From: Seison nebaliae
Lineage: Eukaryota
Assembly (NCBI GenBank): GCA_023231475.1
Contig: JALJEE010003153.1
Span: 1 to 56,758, forward strand
Length of the DNA: 56,758 nucleotides
Direction: 5' to 3'
Shown: one piece after another, positions 55,501 to 56,758 of the stretch
Numbering within the stretch: the first letter of the stretch is position 1
Layout: the number at the start of each line of letters is the position of its first letter
Notes under the pieces: model-generated
What the model was told of the DNA's origin: nothing
Database searches by the model: none
What the model saw: the letters and a program-made list of their open reading frames with translations, nothing else
Position numbers and translations under genes: made by a program

Positions 55501-55630
55501 AGTGATAAAAATTTCTTTTGGTAAAAGTAACAATTCAGTCGTTTTATTAGGCTTAAACTGATTTAATTAATTTTTTAATACTCATTTTAATTACATCAAA
55601 AAATTTTTGGGGTTCCGATTAAATTCATTA

Positions 55631-56758
55631 CAAGACCTGTTAAACGGTCAAAACGATCGACTCACGTCAGTCGTTTTATACGGCTCATTCAGAGTCGATC
55701 TGTTGGTCGACTAAGAGACTCGACTAAAAATTATATATACACAAACGACTAAATGAGTTACAGTTTTTGAGTCGTTTAGTCGTTTAACTCAGTCGTCTAA
55801 AAACCATGATAGTTAATTTTTTTTTACTTGTCAGTCAGTTTCTAGAAGAAGATATTTCATCTTATGTGTAGAGAAGTGAAAGAATAAAGGTGAATAGGAA
55901 ATCCTATACAGAAAAATTGTATTATCGATTCGCTTATTATAAGGAAAAAAATATTATCATAGTACAAATAGAAATATTAAGAAGTTTTTAAAAAATATAG
56001 TGCAGAAATTATAGAAAAGAAACCTAATATTCCAAAAACGTTGTCCCCATAAGGAGGCGTCCACGAATCGGCGATCAGAGAAGCATATTTACAATTTTGA
56101 ATCTCGGTGAAAAGATTTCGATGTCGATAATTTCTTGATAATTTTTGAGTGTTTTCTGCAATATTTTACCGATTGATCATGGAAACGAATTTTCTTCGCA
56201 AAATTTGCTGAAAATAATCATTGTTGATGGAAGCAAAGGAACAATTTGTATTAGCTAGATAATTCGATTTCATCGTTACCGCTCTCGAAACTAATTTGAT
56301 GCTTTCGTTTGATGTGACTTATTAATGAGGTAGTAGCTGTATTTGATAAATCAGTCTTACCACATAAGTTACATTTATTTTCATTATCGAATTCCCTAAA
56401 ATATGTCCAAATTCTCGAAGAACGTCGCCTCTTTTTTCCAGTTTCATCATTCTCGATTTTATCAAAAATCGATATTAATTTTAAATTTTAACAAGAACAA
56501 ATATTATACAAAAACGACAGATTTATCGAAGTAAACAAGTTAAGAGATGTTTTACAATGTCTAGAATGTTCCAGAATCAGTGGACGTTCTGTTTCATGTA
56601 TTTATTGTTAAGAATAAAATAATAGCAATTATATTCATTTTGTCGCACTTTTCTATACATAAGATGAAAAATCTTCTTCTGGAAACTGACTTTTAACTAT
56701 CATGGTTTTTAGTCGACTACGTTAAACGACTAAACGACTCAAAAACTGTAAGTCATTT
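55631..56758. mobile_element. Non-coding element with long terminal inverted repeats (MITE/foldback-like), running off the window end
   Basis: 55751-about 55895 is the near-exact reverse complement of about 56634-56758 (aaatgagttacagtttttgagtcgtttagtcgtttaac...). It has internal AGTCGTTT/CGACTAAA repeats and a candidate left end tta|CAAGACCTG at 55631. Confidence 0.8.

Overview
AT-rich, gene-dense animal genomic DNA (inferred to be a compact invertebrate, probably spiralian, genome) read with the standard genetic code. Most introns are short, about 42-75 nt. Spliced by eye, the window holds 16 protein-coding genes: an SLC13 transporter, IFT172, ATE1, a divergent calmodulin, TMEM33, a PPTC7-type phosphatase with a long basic extension, an orphan (possibly perilipin-like) gene, SERCA, two tandem intronless class A GPCRs, CHCHD1/mS37, TMBIM4, an N-terminally truncated CDC73, a septin, POP1 and a CD225/dispanin. 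Transposon relics sit at both ends. The strongest signal is the splice-donor code. Of 68 introns I placed by restoring reading frame and homology, 59 begin GTT, 3 GTC and only 6 GTA, and about a quarter have +5G. The three alternatively used donors in SERCA are canonical GTR. SERCA also carries a pair of 86-nt mutually exclusive exons and a SERCA2b-like alternative C-terminus. All gene models and counts are manual and are not backed by RNA data or database searches.
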